A stretch of DNA of 50,345 bases from Actinomycetota bacterium (GCA_046724435.1 JBKOWN010000109.1:1-50345); one strand, 5' to 3'. Positions 26,536-35,595 are shown, counted from the first letter of the stretch. Notes: generated by a model from the sequence alone, not told the origin. Numbers and translations: made by a program.

Positions 26536-28020
26536 TCACAACTCGACGGGTGTGCTGGGCGCCAGCGGCACCCGCAGGCGCACGTACGTTCCACCCGAAT
26601 CGCGTGTCGACGGGCCGAGCTCCATCGATCCGCCGAGCTCGCCGTTCACCAGCGCCTGCACGATGGACAGGCCGAGCCCCTTCGACGAGTCGACGGTGAA
26701 CCCGGGGGGAAGCCCGACGCCGTCGTCGATCACCTCGACGACCAGCTCGCCGTCGAGGCGGGCCAGTTGCACGAGCACGCTCCCTTCGGTCGGGTCGGCG
26801 CCGTCGCGCGGGAAGGCGTGGTCTACCGCGTTCTGCATCAGCTCGTTGAGCACCACCGCCAGCGCGGTGGCGACGTCTCCGCGCAGCTTGCCCGCATCCC
26901 CGGAAACCTCGAACCGTAGCGTCACGTCGGGGGTCGAGACGGTCTCCTCGACCGTCCGTACGAGCGGCTTGACGACCTCGCCGAACGGAACGACGTCTCC
27001 CGCGTCGCGCGAAAGCGTCTCGTGCACGATCGCGATCGACCGGATGCGCCGCTCCGACTCGTCGATCGCCTCCTGTGCCTCCTCCGACGCCAGCCGGCGG
27101 CCCTGAAGCCGGAGCAGCGCCGCGATCGTCTGCAGGTTGTTCTTCACGCGGTGGTGGATCTCGCGGATGGTCGCGTCCTTGGAGAGCAGCATGCGGTCGC
27201 GACGGCGCAAGTCGGTTACGTCGCGCATGAGCACCAACGCGCCGATGGCGTCACCTGCTTCGAGCAACGGGAGCGCGCGGATCAGGATCGACGTATCGCC
27301 CCGCTCGACCTCCTCTGTAACCGGAAGCCGTGCGGCGAGCGCGGCGTCGACCGCGTCCTGGTCGAACCCGATCTCCGCCAGCCGTTGTCCCGACGCGTAC
27401 GCGTGAATGCCCATCCGATGCAGCGAGCTGATCGCGTTCGGGCTCGCGAAACGGATCTGCGCGTCGCCGTCCAGGATGATCACACCGTCCGCTACCCGCG
27501 GCGCGTCCTCGAACTCGACCTCGTCGCGCGGGAACGGGAAGCTGCCCTCGGCGATCATCCGGGCGAAGCGGTCGAACACCTCGAAGTACTTGCGCTCGAG
27601 CGAGCCGGCCCGGCGACCGAACTGGAGCGGCGTCTCTCGCGTGACGAGGCCGATCATGGTCCCCTCGCATCGGACCGGGATGCACTTGATCCGCGCTCGC
27701 TCGGTCGATCCGAGCGCCTTGGTCTCGCCCTCGACGATCTCCCCCTCCCGCCACGCCCGGCTGATCAGCGGCCGTTCCACTTCGCCGACGACCGTGCCCA
27801 CCATGTCGTCGGTGTAGAGCGTCTGATCGGTCGTCGGGCGCACCTGGCCGAGCACGACGAACCGATGGCCCTCTTCGCCTTCGATGGCGGCCAGGAACAA
27901 GAGGTCGGCGAAGCAGAGGTCGGCGAGCACCTGCCACGACGCCATCAGCCGGCGGGTGTGGGCGAGCGACGCGCCACCGAGGGCCGTGTTCGTCCGCGCC
28001 AACTCGAAACCGAGCGTCAC
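26536..28020 (-). CDS. pdtaS: PdtaS-like cytoplasmic sensor histidine kinase (GAF-PAS-HisKA_2-HATPase)
   Basis: 494 aa with no TM segments. H-box IHHRVKNNLQTIAALLRLQ, then the N-box/G-box region (LNELMQNAVDHAF, DDGVGLP). Confidence 0.85.
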   Translation of the reverse strand: MTLGFELARTNTALGGASLAHTRRLMASWQVLADLCFADLLFLAAIEGEEGHRFVVLGQVRPTTDQTLYTDDMVGTVVGEVERPLISRAWREGEIVEGETKALGSTERARIKCIPVRCEGTMIGLVTRETPLQFGRRAGSLERKYFEVFDRFARMIAEGSFPFPRDEVEFEDAPRVADGVIILDGDAQIRFASPNAISSLHRMGIHAYASGQRLAEIGFDQDAVDAALAARLPVTEEVERGDTSILIRALPLLEAGDAIGALVLMRDVTDLRRRDRMLLSKDATIREIHHRVKNNLQTIAALLRLQGRRLASEEAQEAIDESERRIRSIAIVHETLSRDAGDVVPFGEVVKPLVRTVEETVSTPDVTLRFEVSGDAGKLRGDVATALAVVLNELMQNAVDHAFPRDGADPTEGSVLVQLARLDGELVVEVIDDGVGLPPGFTVDSSKGLGLSIVQALVNGELGGSMELGPSTRDSGGTYVRLRVPLAPSTPVEL

Positions 28021-28090
28021 AGGAAGAATCGTACGGCGTTGGGTCGGAAACCTCCCTCATGGGGCCGGCGAGCGACCCGAAGCTCGGTCG

Positions 28091-29290
28091 TTACGTTCCG
28101 AAGAGGGCGTCCCCGACGCGAGCCAACCCGGCGACGTCGTAGATGTCGATCTCGAAGTTCGGGACGTTCGCCACGACCTCCGGCACTCGACCCAGCTCGG
28201 TCTTGAGCTCCGCCTCGCGCGTTGCGACCACGGCGAAGTTCCTGAACGACTCGCCGATGGTCCGCAGCACGCGGGCCGTGCGAGGGCTGTCGGCCAGCTC
28301 CGCTACGCCCGTGCTGACGAGCTCCTCGGCGATCGGTCCCGCCTCGACCGTGAGGGCGTCGGCGGCGCGGGCGCCGTCCGCCGAGAGCAGGTAGTCGGGC
28401 AGCGTCTTGTTGAGGACAAGCGCGCCGAGATGAAAGTCGCGCTTGGTGAGCTGCTCGCAGAAGAACTGCGCCTCTCGCAACGGCGCCCCCTCGAGGGTGG
28501 TCACGACCGCGAACGTCGTCCGCCGGTCGTGCAGGAGGCGCTCGACCGCTTCGGCGCGCTGCGCGAACCCGTCGTACATCGACTGGAAGCTCAGGAAGAA
28601 CTCGGCGATGTCCTGCAGGAACTGGCTGCCCAGGATGCGATCGGCGACCTGATAGAAGGGCCGGCTGGCGACGTTGAGGACGCGCGCGCCACGCCGCCCA
28701 CCCATCCGGTAGGGCATGGTGAGCCAGCGCAGGAGGCGCCCGCCGAAGAAGTCGGCCATGCGCTTCGGCGCCTCGAGGAAATCGATCGCGTTCCGGGTCG
28801 GCGGCGTGTCGACGATGATCAGGTCGTACCGTCCGGCTGCGTGCACGTCGAACAGCCGCTCCATCGCGATGTAGTCGTGGCTCTGCACGAACCGGCCGGT
28901 GATGTTCGTGTAGAGGCGGTTCTCGAGGATGCGGTACGCGGTCTCCTCGTCGGGGGCGTGGCGGAGCACGAGCTCGTCCCACGAGCGCTTGGTGTCGAGC
29001 ATCGCGGCGTGCAACTGTCCGCGGGGCTCGAGCCCCGCCCCCTTGAATGCCTCGACCGGCACTGGCTTCTCGACGTTGCCGAAGTCCTCGAGCCCGAGCG
29101 CGTTCGCCAGCCGGCGCGCCGGGTCGATCGTGAGCACGAGCACCTTGCCGCCCAGGCGCGTGGCCGCGGCGACGCCGGCGGCCGCGGCCACCGAGGTCTT
29201 GCCGACGCCGCCCGACCCGCAGAACACGACGATCTCCTTGGTGGCGAGCAGCGACTCGATGCTCGTGGCGCGGGGCTCCGCCCGGGTCAC
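28091..29290 (-). CDS. ArsA/Get3-like anion-transporting ATPase family protein (Rv3680-like)
   Basis: Start at GTG 29290, overlapping the stop of the upstream paralogue (GTGA). P-loop VFCGSGGVGKTS, LTIDPARR, DTPPT. Confidence 0.85.
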   Translation of the reverse strand: MTRAEPRATSIESLLATKEIVVFCGSGGVGKTSVAAAAGVAAATRLGGKVLVLTIDPARRLANALGLEDFGNVEKPVPVEAFKGAGLEPRGQLHAAMLDTKRSWDELVLRHAPDEETAYRILENRLYTNITGRFVQSHDYIAMERLFDVHAAGRYDLIIVDTPPTRNAIDFLEAPKRMADFFGGRLLRWLTMPYRMGGRRGARVLNVASRPFYQVADRILGSQFLQDIAEFFLSFQSMYDGFAQRAEAVERLLHDRRTTFAVVTTLEGAPLREAQFFCEQLTKRDFHLGALVLNKTLPDYLLSADGARAADALTVEAGPIAEELVSTGVAELADSPRTARVLRTIGESFRNFAVVATREAELKTELGRVPEVVANVPNFEIDIYDVAGLARVGDALFGT

Positions 29291-30252
29291 AGCCCGAGCT
29301 CCTGGGCGAGCGCGTCGGCGAGCATCTTCGTGACCCTCAGCCCCTGGTCGCGCACGAAGAGGTACGGCAGGTAGAGCGTCGGGAGCTCGACGGCCTGGCG
29401 CAGCTCGGCGAGGTGGGCGGCTCGGGTCCTGCGCAACGACACCGCGAGACGGGCGGCGTCGAGCACCGCGGTAGCACCCGATCCGACGCGCGAGGTAAGG
29501 ACCGCGCTCGCGTCGTCGCCGCGCAGCGCCTCGAACGTGGCCTCGTCGGTGTGTGTGAAGAGCTCGGGGAGGACGCGGTTCACGATGACCGCGCCGAGCG
29601 GCACCGAGAGCTCGGACCGCGCTCGCCCGACGAGCTCGATCGTCTCGTTGACGGGCATCTCCTCCGGCGTGGCCACGACGTTGAGGCTGGTCACCGAGGG
29701 ATCGGAGAGCAGCTCGACCATCCAGTCGGTCTGCTCGCGCACCATGCCCACCGAGACGAGCTCCTGGATGGCGCGGGGCGCATCGAGCTGACCGATGATG
29801 TGGCCGGTGGCGGCGGCGTCGACGACGACGAGATCCCAGTCGGCCCGGCCCTCGATCGACTCGCGCACCTCCCAGCACACCTTGCCGACAGTCAGGATCT
29901 CCTTCACTCCCGGCGCCGCCGTCGCCACGAAGTCCAGCACGCGTGCCAGCGGGCCGAGCCGTCCGAGCACCGGCACGCGCAGGTTGAGCTTGAGGTACTC
30001 CCTCAGCGAGTCCTCGGTGCGCATCGCCATCGCGCAAACGCCTGGATAGACCTCGCGCGGCTCGAACCCGACCGAAGGCTGCTCGAAGTTGCCGGGGATC
30101 GCTCCCTTTTCGTCCGCTTCGACGACGAGCACGCGCTGGCCCTGTTCGGCGGCGAGCAGCGCGGTGGCCGCGGTCACCGTGCTCTTACCGACCCCGCCCT
30201 TCCCGGTGAAGAACAGCAGGCGCCGCGCCAGGAGGGTGGGCGCGGGTCGCAC
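29287..30252 (-). CDS. ArsA/Get3-like ATPase family protein (Rv3679-like)
   Basis: 321 aa. P-loop FFTGKGGVGKST, VVDAAATGH. Confidence 0.85.
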   Translation of the reverse strand: MRPAPTLLARRLLFFTGKGGVGKSTVTAATALLAAEQGQRVLVVEADEKGAIPGNFEQPSVGFEPREVYPGVCAMAMRTEDSLREYLKLNLRVPVLGRLGPLARVLDFVATAAPGVKEILTVGKVCWEVRESIEGRADWDLVVVDAAATGHIIGQLDAPRAIQELVSVGMVREQTDWMVELLSDPSVTSLNVVATPEEMPVNETIELVGRARSELSVPLGAVIVNRVLPELFTHTDEATFEALRGDDASAVLTSRVGSGATAVLDAARLAVSLRRTRAAHLAELRQAVELPTLYLPYLFVRDQGLRVTKMLADALAQELGL

Positions 30253-30255
30253 GGG

Positions 30256-30486
30256 TCAGATGCTGCCGAAGCCGACCCGCTTCGATCCCTCTTCGGAGTC
30301 GACCTCGATGTAGGCCAACTTGTCGACGGCGACGCCGATCCGCCGGCCCTTCGAGTCGGTGAGCCAGACGATCGTGTCCCCGCCCTTGATCGCCTTGTCG
30401 ATCGTCTTGAACGCCTCCTCGACGCCGCCGTCGAGTTCGAGGGTCAGCTCCTTCGGCGTATGGACAACACCGATGCGGACTTCCAT
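30256..30486 (-). CDS. DUF3107 family small protein
   Basis: 76 aa, MEVRIGVVHTPKELTLELDG...IVWLTDSKGRRIGVAVDKLAYIEV. A typical actinobacterial DUF3107 next to the ArsA-like pair. Confidence 0.8.
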   Translation of the reverse strand: MEVRIGVVHTPKELTLELDGGVEEAFKTIDKAIKGGDTIVWLTDSKGRRIGVAVDKLAYIEVDSEEGSKRVGFGSI

Positions 30487-30528
30487 GGAAGCGATCCCTT
30501 CGCGGTCGCGGGCCCGACTCCGGCGATG

Positions 30529-31368
30529 CTACCGATCCCCCTGCGAGGCAGCCGCCTCGAGATCGAGCCGGCGGTCGTGACGAGCCGCGGCCCGCTCCTC
30601 GGCGCTCATCCACTGGTGCACGACGATCCCGACGCAGAGCAGCCCGAACAGCTCCCCTGAGATCCACAGGAGCCCGGCGCCGGTCCGCTGGTCGGCGAGT
30701 GGACGGGCGCCCCACGTGCGCTCGACCTGGTCGTACCAACCGGACGCGATGACCGTGTTCATCGTGAGCAGCGCGACACCGACGAACGTGTGGAACGGCA
30801 ACAGCACCACCACGTAGAGGAGGCGGGCGCCGTACCCGAGCGCGTGCGGGATCGGATCCAGGCCGACGACATGCGCGAGGAACAAGCACCCTGCCAGCAG
30901 GAAGTACGCGTGGGTGGCGACGTGGAACCATCCGTTGCGCAGCGACAGCTCGTAGAGCGGAGTGAAGTACAGCGTCACGATGCTCGTGCTGAACAACAAC
31001 CACGCCGTCAACGGGTGCGTGAGAACCCGCGCCGGCGTGCTGTGCAGGACGCGCAGGATGCGGCGTTGCGAGGCACGAGAACCGCCTTGGAGCGCCAGCG
31101 TGATGGGCGCGCCGAGGACCAGGAGCAGCGGCGCCACCATCCCGAGCAGGATGTGCTGGACGACGTGGAGGCTGTAGAGCACCCGGTCGTAGGCGGCGAG
31201 CCCCGAGTCGGTGGCGAGGAGAACGACGACGAGACCGGAGAGGAACGCGGCGGTCCTCGTCGCCGGCCACGAGCGGCCGCCCGCGTGGAGCCGCCGCACG
31301 CCGATCAGGTACGCGGCCGCGAGGACGACGACGAACGGGAAGGTCACGTCGAGCGACCAGTCGGTCAC
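30529..31368 (-). CDS. Cytochrome c oxidase assembly factor, caa3-CtaG family membrane protein
   Basis: Multi-TM protein with HVVQHILLGMVAPLLLVLGAPITL. The longest ORF starts at 31485 but would translate repeat copy 3, so I place the start at GTG 31368 (VTDWSLDV...). The start is uncertain. Confidence 0.7.
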   Translation of the reverse strand: MTDWSLDVTFPFVVVLAAAYLIGVRRLHAGGRSWPATRTAAFLSGLVVVLLATDSGLAAYDRVLYSLHVVQHILLGMVAPLLLVLGAPITLALQGGSRASQRRILRVLHSTPARVLTHPLTAWLLFSTSIVTLYFTPLYELSLRNGWFHVATHAYFLLAGCLFLAHVVGLDPIPHALGYGARLLYVVVLLPFHTFVGVALLTMNTVIASGWYDQVERTWGARPLADQRTGAGLLWISGELFGLLCVGIVVHQWMSAEERAAARHDRRLDLEAAASQGDR

Positions 31369-31401
31369 GAGAATGTCCCACGACGGCGCCGGGGGCGCGA
31401 C

Positions 31402-31452
31402 GACGGCGGCTTTGCCTACCGTCGCCGCAAAGCCGGAGCTTGCGACGGCGAC
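31402..31452 (+). repeat. Dispersed structured intergenic element, copy 3
   Basis: GACGGCGGCTTTGCCTACCGTCGCCGCAAAGCCGGAGCTTGCGACGGCGAC. Perfect 8-9 bp GGCTTTGC/GCAAAGCC stem. About 90-120 nt upstream of ctaE. Confidence 0.85.
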
Positions 31453-31541
31453 TGTAAGCCCGACCAGCGCGCTCACGGAGATCACGGTAACCGGGAAGCC
31501 CGTTTCATCACGCGCCCAGAAGCCTTCACCCGCGGTCGGCC

Positions 31542-32156
31542 GTGTGCCAACCTGTCGCCGTGGCGGACGGTGTGGCGGCCGAGGCTGCGGCGACGGCGGC
31601 GGGTCCGACCCGTCGGCAGCCGTCCATGCTGGCCGTCGGCACCGTGGTGTGGCTGGCCTCGGAGCTCATGTTCTTCGGCGGCCTGTTTGCCGCCTATTTC
31701 ACGCTGAAAGCCGAGGCCCGGCAGTGGCCACCGCCCGGCGTGACCCTCGAGACGCTCACCTCGGCGATCTTCACGGTGTTCCTCATCGCGTCCAGCGGCA
31801 CGATCATCCTCGCCGTGCGCTCCCTCGAGCGCGGCGATCGCGCCGGCACCGTGCGCTGGCTCCTGCTGACGTTCGGGCTCGGCGGGCTGTTCCTCGCCAA
31901 CCAGATCCGTGAGTTCTTCTCACTCGACTTCCAGGTGTCGTCGAACTCATACGGCTCGATCTACTACCTGATGACAGGCTTCCACGCGCTACACGTCGGG
32001 GCCGGGCTCCTGCTCATGCTCATCGCGCTGGTCATCGCTACCGGGCCCGGGCCGGTCGCGCGCCGCGGGCCGGTCATCGACTCGATCGGGTACTACTGGC
32101 ACTTCGTCGACGTCGTCTGGGTCGTTCTGTTCACCACGATCTTCGTCATCCGGTGA
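31542..32156 (+). CDS. ctaE: Cytochrome c oxidase (aa3) subunit III
   Basis: VGTVVWLASELMFFGGLFAAYF...YYWHFVDVVWVVLFTTIFVIR. Possible starts are GTG 31542, 31560 or 31572; GGCGGA precedes 31572. Confidence 0.9.
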   Translation: MCQPVAVADGVAAEAAATAAGPTRRQPSMLAVGTVVWLASELMFFGGLFAAYFTLKAEARQWPPPGVTLETLTSAIFTVFLIASSGTIILAVRSLERGDRAGTVRWLLLTFGLGGLFLANQIREFFSLDFQVSSNSYGSIYYLMTGFHALHVGAGLLLMLIALVIATGPGPVARRGPVIDSIGYYWHFVDVVWVVLFTTIFVIR

Positions 32157-32169
32157 CGAGGGACGCGGA

Positions 32170-32967
32170 ATGTCTCGCCGGGCCGTCGCAGCACTCTTCT
32201 TCGGCTTGCTCGCGGCGGGATTCCTCGCCATCGGCTTGCACACGGCCGTCGCCGCGGAGGAGCAGCCGCGGGCCCGCGCCGCCGGCAACGCCGATCGCGG
32301 CCATCGACTCTTCCTCGTCGGCTGCGCGTACTGTCACGGCCAGAACGGCGAAGGCACCGCACAGGGGCCCGACCTGCGCGGCGTGGGGGCCGCGTCCGCC
32401 GACTTCCAGCTGTCGACTGGGCGCATGCCCAACACCGCGCCCGACCGGCAGTCGGTCACCAAGACCTCTCCCTACACGCGGAAGCAGATCGACGACCTGG
32501 TCGCGTACGTCGCGTCCCTCGGTCCCGGTCCGCCCATCCCCGACGTGCACAATCCGCCCGGTGATCTCCAGGAGGGCGGCCAGCTGTACCTCGAGAACTG
32601 CGCCGCGTGCCATGGCGCGGCCGGCAACGGCGGCGCGCTGAGCGTCGGCCGCGACGCGCCGACGCTCCACGGCTCCACGCCGGTCGAGGTGGCGGAGGCC
32701 ATGCGCACGGGCCCCGGGAACATGCCCGTCTTCGGGCCCGGGACGTTCACGCCCCAACAGGTGAACTCGATCGTCCGCTACGTCGAGTATCTCAAGAAGC
32801 CCCAGGACCCGGGAGGGTTGTCGCTCGGGCTCGTGGGACCGATCACCGAGGGCCTGGTCGCGATCCTCGTCGGCCTGGGCGCGCTCATGCTCATGACCCG
32901 TTGGATCGAACCGCCTGCGCTGCGCCACGAGCCACCGACGACGAAGGCGCCGGAGGATGAAACGTGA
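32170..32967 (+). CDS. qcrC: Cytochrome bc1 complex diheme cytochrome c subunit
   Basis: Two CxxCH motifs (CAYCH, CAACH), an N-terminal signal/TM segment and a C-terminal TM anchor. Confidence 0.92.
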   Translation: MSRRAVAALFFGLLAAGFLAIGLHTAVAAEEQPRARAAGNADRGHRLFLVGCAYCHGQNGEGTAQGPDLRGVGAASADFQLSTGRMPNTAPDRQSVTKTSPYTRKQIDDLVAYVASLGPGPPIPDVHNPPGDLQEGGQLYLENCAACHGAAGNGGALSVGRDAPTLHGSTPVEVAEAMRTGPGNMPVFGPGTFTPQQVNSIVRYVEYLKKPQDPGGLSLGLVGPITEGLVAILVGLGALMLMTRWIEPPALRHEPPTTKAPEDET

Positions 32968-33818
32968 ACGACGACGTCCAAGAGAAGAAGGCGACGACCC
33001 GGACCGCGCTCGGCTTCGGCATCACGGCGCTGGCGTCGCTCGGGCTGGCGGTGACCTACGCCCGCGGCGGGCAGGAGCAGATCGAGGGCGCGCTGCTGGC
33101 GTTCGCGCTGGGCGGGCTCGGCTTCGGGTTCGTGCAGGTGGCCAAGTACCTACTTCCCCAGGGCCCCTACGTCGAGGGCCGCGAGGCGCTGCCGTCGAGC
33201 GACGAGGACCAGGCCGCGTTCGGCGCAGACTTCGAGCGCGGCGAAGCCTGGCTCTCCCGGCGCGGGTTCCTCCTGAAGATGCTCGGTCTCGCGGCCGGTG
33301 CGATCGGCATCGCGGCGTTGTTCCCGATCCGATCCCTCGGTCCTAACCCGGGTCAGTCGCTGTTCCGCACGAAGTGGCGCCAACGCTCCCTCGTCGTCGA
33401 CGAGCAGGGCGAGCCTGTGGGAGTCGACACGCTCGACGTCGGCGGAGCACTCACGGTCTTCCCTCAAGGGCACGTCGACGTCGAGGACTCACAGACGATC
33501 CTGATCCGTCTGGCACGCGAAGACGTCGTGACCCGGCCCGGTCGCGAGTCCTGGGGGCCCCAGGGGTACGTCGGGTTCTCGAAGGTGTGCACGCATGCGG
33601 GCTGCCCTGTCGGGCTCTACCAGCAGCAGTTCAAGAAGCTGCTCTGCCCGTGCCACCAGTCGACGTTCTCGGTGCCCGACGGGGCCCAGCCCGTGTTCGG
33701 CCCCGCCACGCGTTCTCTCCCCCAGCTCCCGCTCATGGTCGACGCCGACGGCATGCTGCGCGCGCAAAGTGACTACACCGAGCCCGTCGGCCCCGGCTTC
33801 TGGGATCGCGACACGTGA
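32964..33818 (+). CDS. qcrA: Cytochrome bc1 complex Rieske iron-sulfur subunit
   Basis: CTHAGCPV...CPCHQSTF Rieske boxes. GTG start overlaps the qcrC stop (GTGA), preceded by a GGAGGA SD. Confidence 0.93.
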   Translation: MNDDVQEKKATTRTALGFGITALASLGLAVTYARGGQEQIEGALLAFALGGLGFGFVQVAKYLLPQGPYVEGREALPSSDEDQAAFGADFERGEAWLSRRGFLLKMLGLAAGAIGIAALFPIRSLGPNPGQSLFRTKWRQRSLVVDEQGEPVGVDTLDVGGALTVFPQGHVDVEDSQTILIRLAREDVVTRPGRESWGPQGYVGFSKVCTHAGCPVGLYQQQFKKLLCPCHQSTFSVPDGAQPVFGPATRSLPQLPLMVDADGMLRAQSDYTEPVGPGFWDRDT

Positions 33819-35212
33819 TCGTCAAGCGCCTCGTCCGTTGGTTCGACGACCGGCTCGGCGCCGCCCGCTTCGTCCGCACCGCGCTGAACAAGGTGTTCCC
33901 GGATCACTGGTCGTTCATGCTCGGCGAGCTCGCGCTCTATTGCTTCGTGATCCTGATCCTCACCGGGGTGTATCTCACGTTCTTCTTCACGCCGGGCACG
34001 AAGGAGGTCGTCTACAACGGCAGCTACGCGCCGCTGAAGGGCGTGTCGATGTCGCAGGCCTACGAGTCCGTGCTCCGGATCAGCTTCGACGTGCGCGCCG
34101 GTCTGGTGATGCGACAGATCCACCACTGGGCGGCGCTGATCTTCGTCGGCTCGATCATCGCCCATCTCATGCGCATCTTCTTCACAGGCGCGTTCCGACG
34201 GCCGCGCGAGCTCAACTGGATGATCGGAATCACCCTGCTCCTGCTCGCCATCGCCAACGGCTTCACGGGGTACTCACTCCCGGACGACCAGCTGTCGGGC
34301 ACGGGCCTGCGCATTGCGTACTCGGTGGTCATCTCGGTGCCCGTCGTCGGCGTATGGATCGCCTTCCTCATCTTCGGCGGGGAGTTCCCCGGCAACGAGG
34401 TGCTCACACGGTTCTTCGTGATCCACATTCTCATCGTCCCGGTCGCGATCGCGGTGCTGCTCGCCGCGCACCTGGCCATCCTGGTGCGCCAGAAGCACAC
34501 GCAATACCGCGGGGCGGGCCGCAAGGAAAGGAACGTCGTCGGCGCGCGGCTGTGGCCGACGTTCACGGCCAAGACCATCGGGCTGTTTTTCTTCGTGTTC
34601 GCCGCCTGCGCGGCGCTGGGCGGTCTCGCCCAGATCAACCCGGTGTGGATCTGGGGGCCGTTCCAGCCCGCGGCCGTCAGCGCCGGGTCCCAACCCGACT
34701 GGTACGTCGGTTGGCTCGAGGGGTCGCTGCGGCTGCTGCCCGGCTGGGAGATCAGGGCGTTCGGGCACGAGGTCCCCAACCCGTTCTTCTCGGGCGTGCT
34801 GCTCCCCGGGATCACGTTCATGCTGCTGTACGCGTGGCCGTTCCTCGAAGGTCGCTTCACGAAGGAGAACCGCGAGGAGCACCACCTGCTCGACCGCCCG
34901 CGCGACCGGCCTGTTCGGACGGCCATCGGTATCGGCGCGCTCGCGTTCTACGCCGTGCTGTTCGTCGCCGGCGGGAACGACGTGCTCGCGGCCCGGTTCA
35001 ACGTCTCGGTGAACCTCATCACCAACATCCTCCGCGTCGCGCTCTTCGTCGTGCCAGTGGTCGCCGGGATCTTCACCTACCGATTGTGCAAGGAGCTGGC
35101 TGCTCGAAGCCCGACCGCGGGCAAGCCGGAGGCTCCGCCCGGGGCGGACGTCATCGTGCGCACTCCGGAGGGTGGCTACGTGGACGTCGAGGAGCCGGCG
35201 ACAACGCCGTAG
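33815..35212 (+). CDS. qcrB: Cytochrome bc1 complex cytochrome b subunit
   Basis: 465 aa. Heme-ligand helices (RQIHHWAALIF, FFVIHILIVPVAI). Start overlaps the qcrA stop. Confidence 0.95.
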   Translation: MIVKRLVRWFDDRLGAARFVRTALNKVFPDHWSFMLGELALYCFVILILTGVYLTFFFTPGTKEVVYNGSYAPLKGVSMSQAYESVLRISFDVRAGLVMRQIHHWAALIFVGSIIAHLMRIFFTGAFRRPRELNWMIGITLLLLAIANGFTGYSLPDDQLSGTGLRIAYSVVISVPVVGVWIAFLIFGGEFPGNEVLTRFFVIHILIVPVAIAVLLAAHLAILVRQKHTQYRGAGRKERNVVGARLWPTFTAKTIGLFFFVFAACAALGGLAQINPVWIWGPFQPAAVSAGSQPDWYVGWLEGSLRLLPGWEIRAFGHEVPNPFFSGVLLPGITFMLLYAWPFLEGRFTKENREEHHLLDRPRDRPVRTAIGIGALAFYAVLFVAGGNDVLAARFNVSVNLITNILRVALFVVPVVAGIFTYRLCKELAARSPTAGKPEAPPGADVIVRTPEGGYVDVEEPATTP

Positions 35213-35595
35213 CGGCGGCGCGCCTCGGGCGTGTTCTCGACGATCTGCCATCGCGACAGGACTCCGTCGGTGACCTCGGCCAACCAGATCACGCCGAGCT
35301 TCGATTCCTCCTCCTCGGGGAGATCGAGATGGGAGCCGGTCGTGGTGCCGAGCACCGCCACTCGGGAATCAGCGGCGGTGAGGTGCCACGGGTAGATGAC
35401 GTACTCGGGAAACGACGAGAAGTAGCCCTTCCACGCCTCGACGTTCGCATGGCGCCCGACGACCGGCGTTTCGTCGAGCACAACGAGCCGATGGTCATCG
35501 CTCATGAGCGCCCCGAGCCCGTCCAGGTCGCTCCGGTTGATGCAGTCCACGAAGCTCACGACGGCGGCCAGGGGCGGGAGCGGCACCCTGCCCAT
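35176..35595 (-). CDS. NTF2/SnoaL-like (DUF4440-like) small protein
   Basis: 139 aa. FVDCINRSDLDGLGALMSDDHRLVV...NVEAWKGYF pattern of SnoaL-like folds. It starts 4 nt after the ctaF stop, and its 3' end overlaps qcrB by 37 nt (convergent). Confidence 0.6.
   Translation of the reverse strand: MGRVPLPPLAAVVSFVDCINRSDLDGLGALMSDDHRLVVLDETPVVGRHANVEAWKGYFSSFPEYVIYPWHLTAADSRVAVLGTTTGSHLDLPEEEESKLGVIWLAEVTDGVLSRWQIVENTPEARRRYGVVAGSSTST

Noticed and set aside
28091-30037. A 648-aa ORF suggesting one giant ArsA protein.
   Set aside because: The upstream 250 residues are R/G/A-rich and out of frame over the Rv3679-like paralogue, which has its own P-loop. GTG 29290 with a GTGA overlap gives two normal-sized ArsA-like genes.
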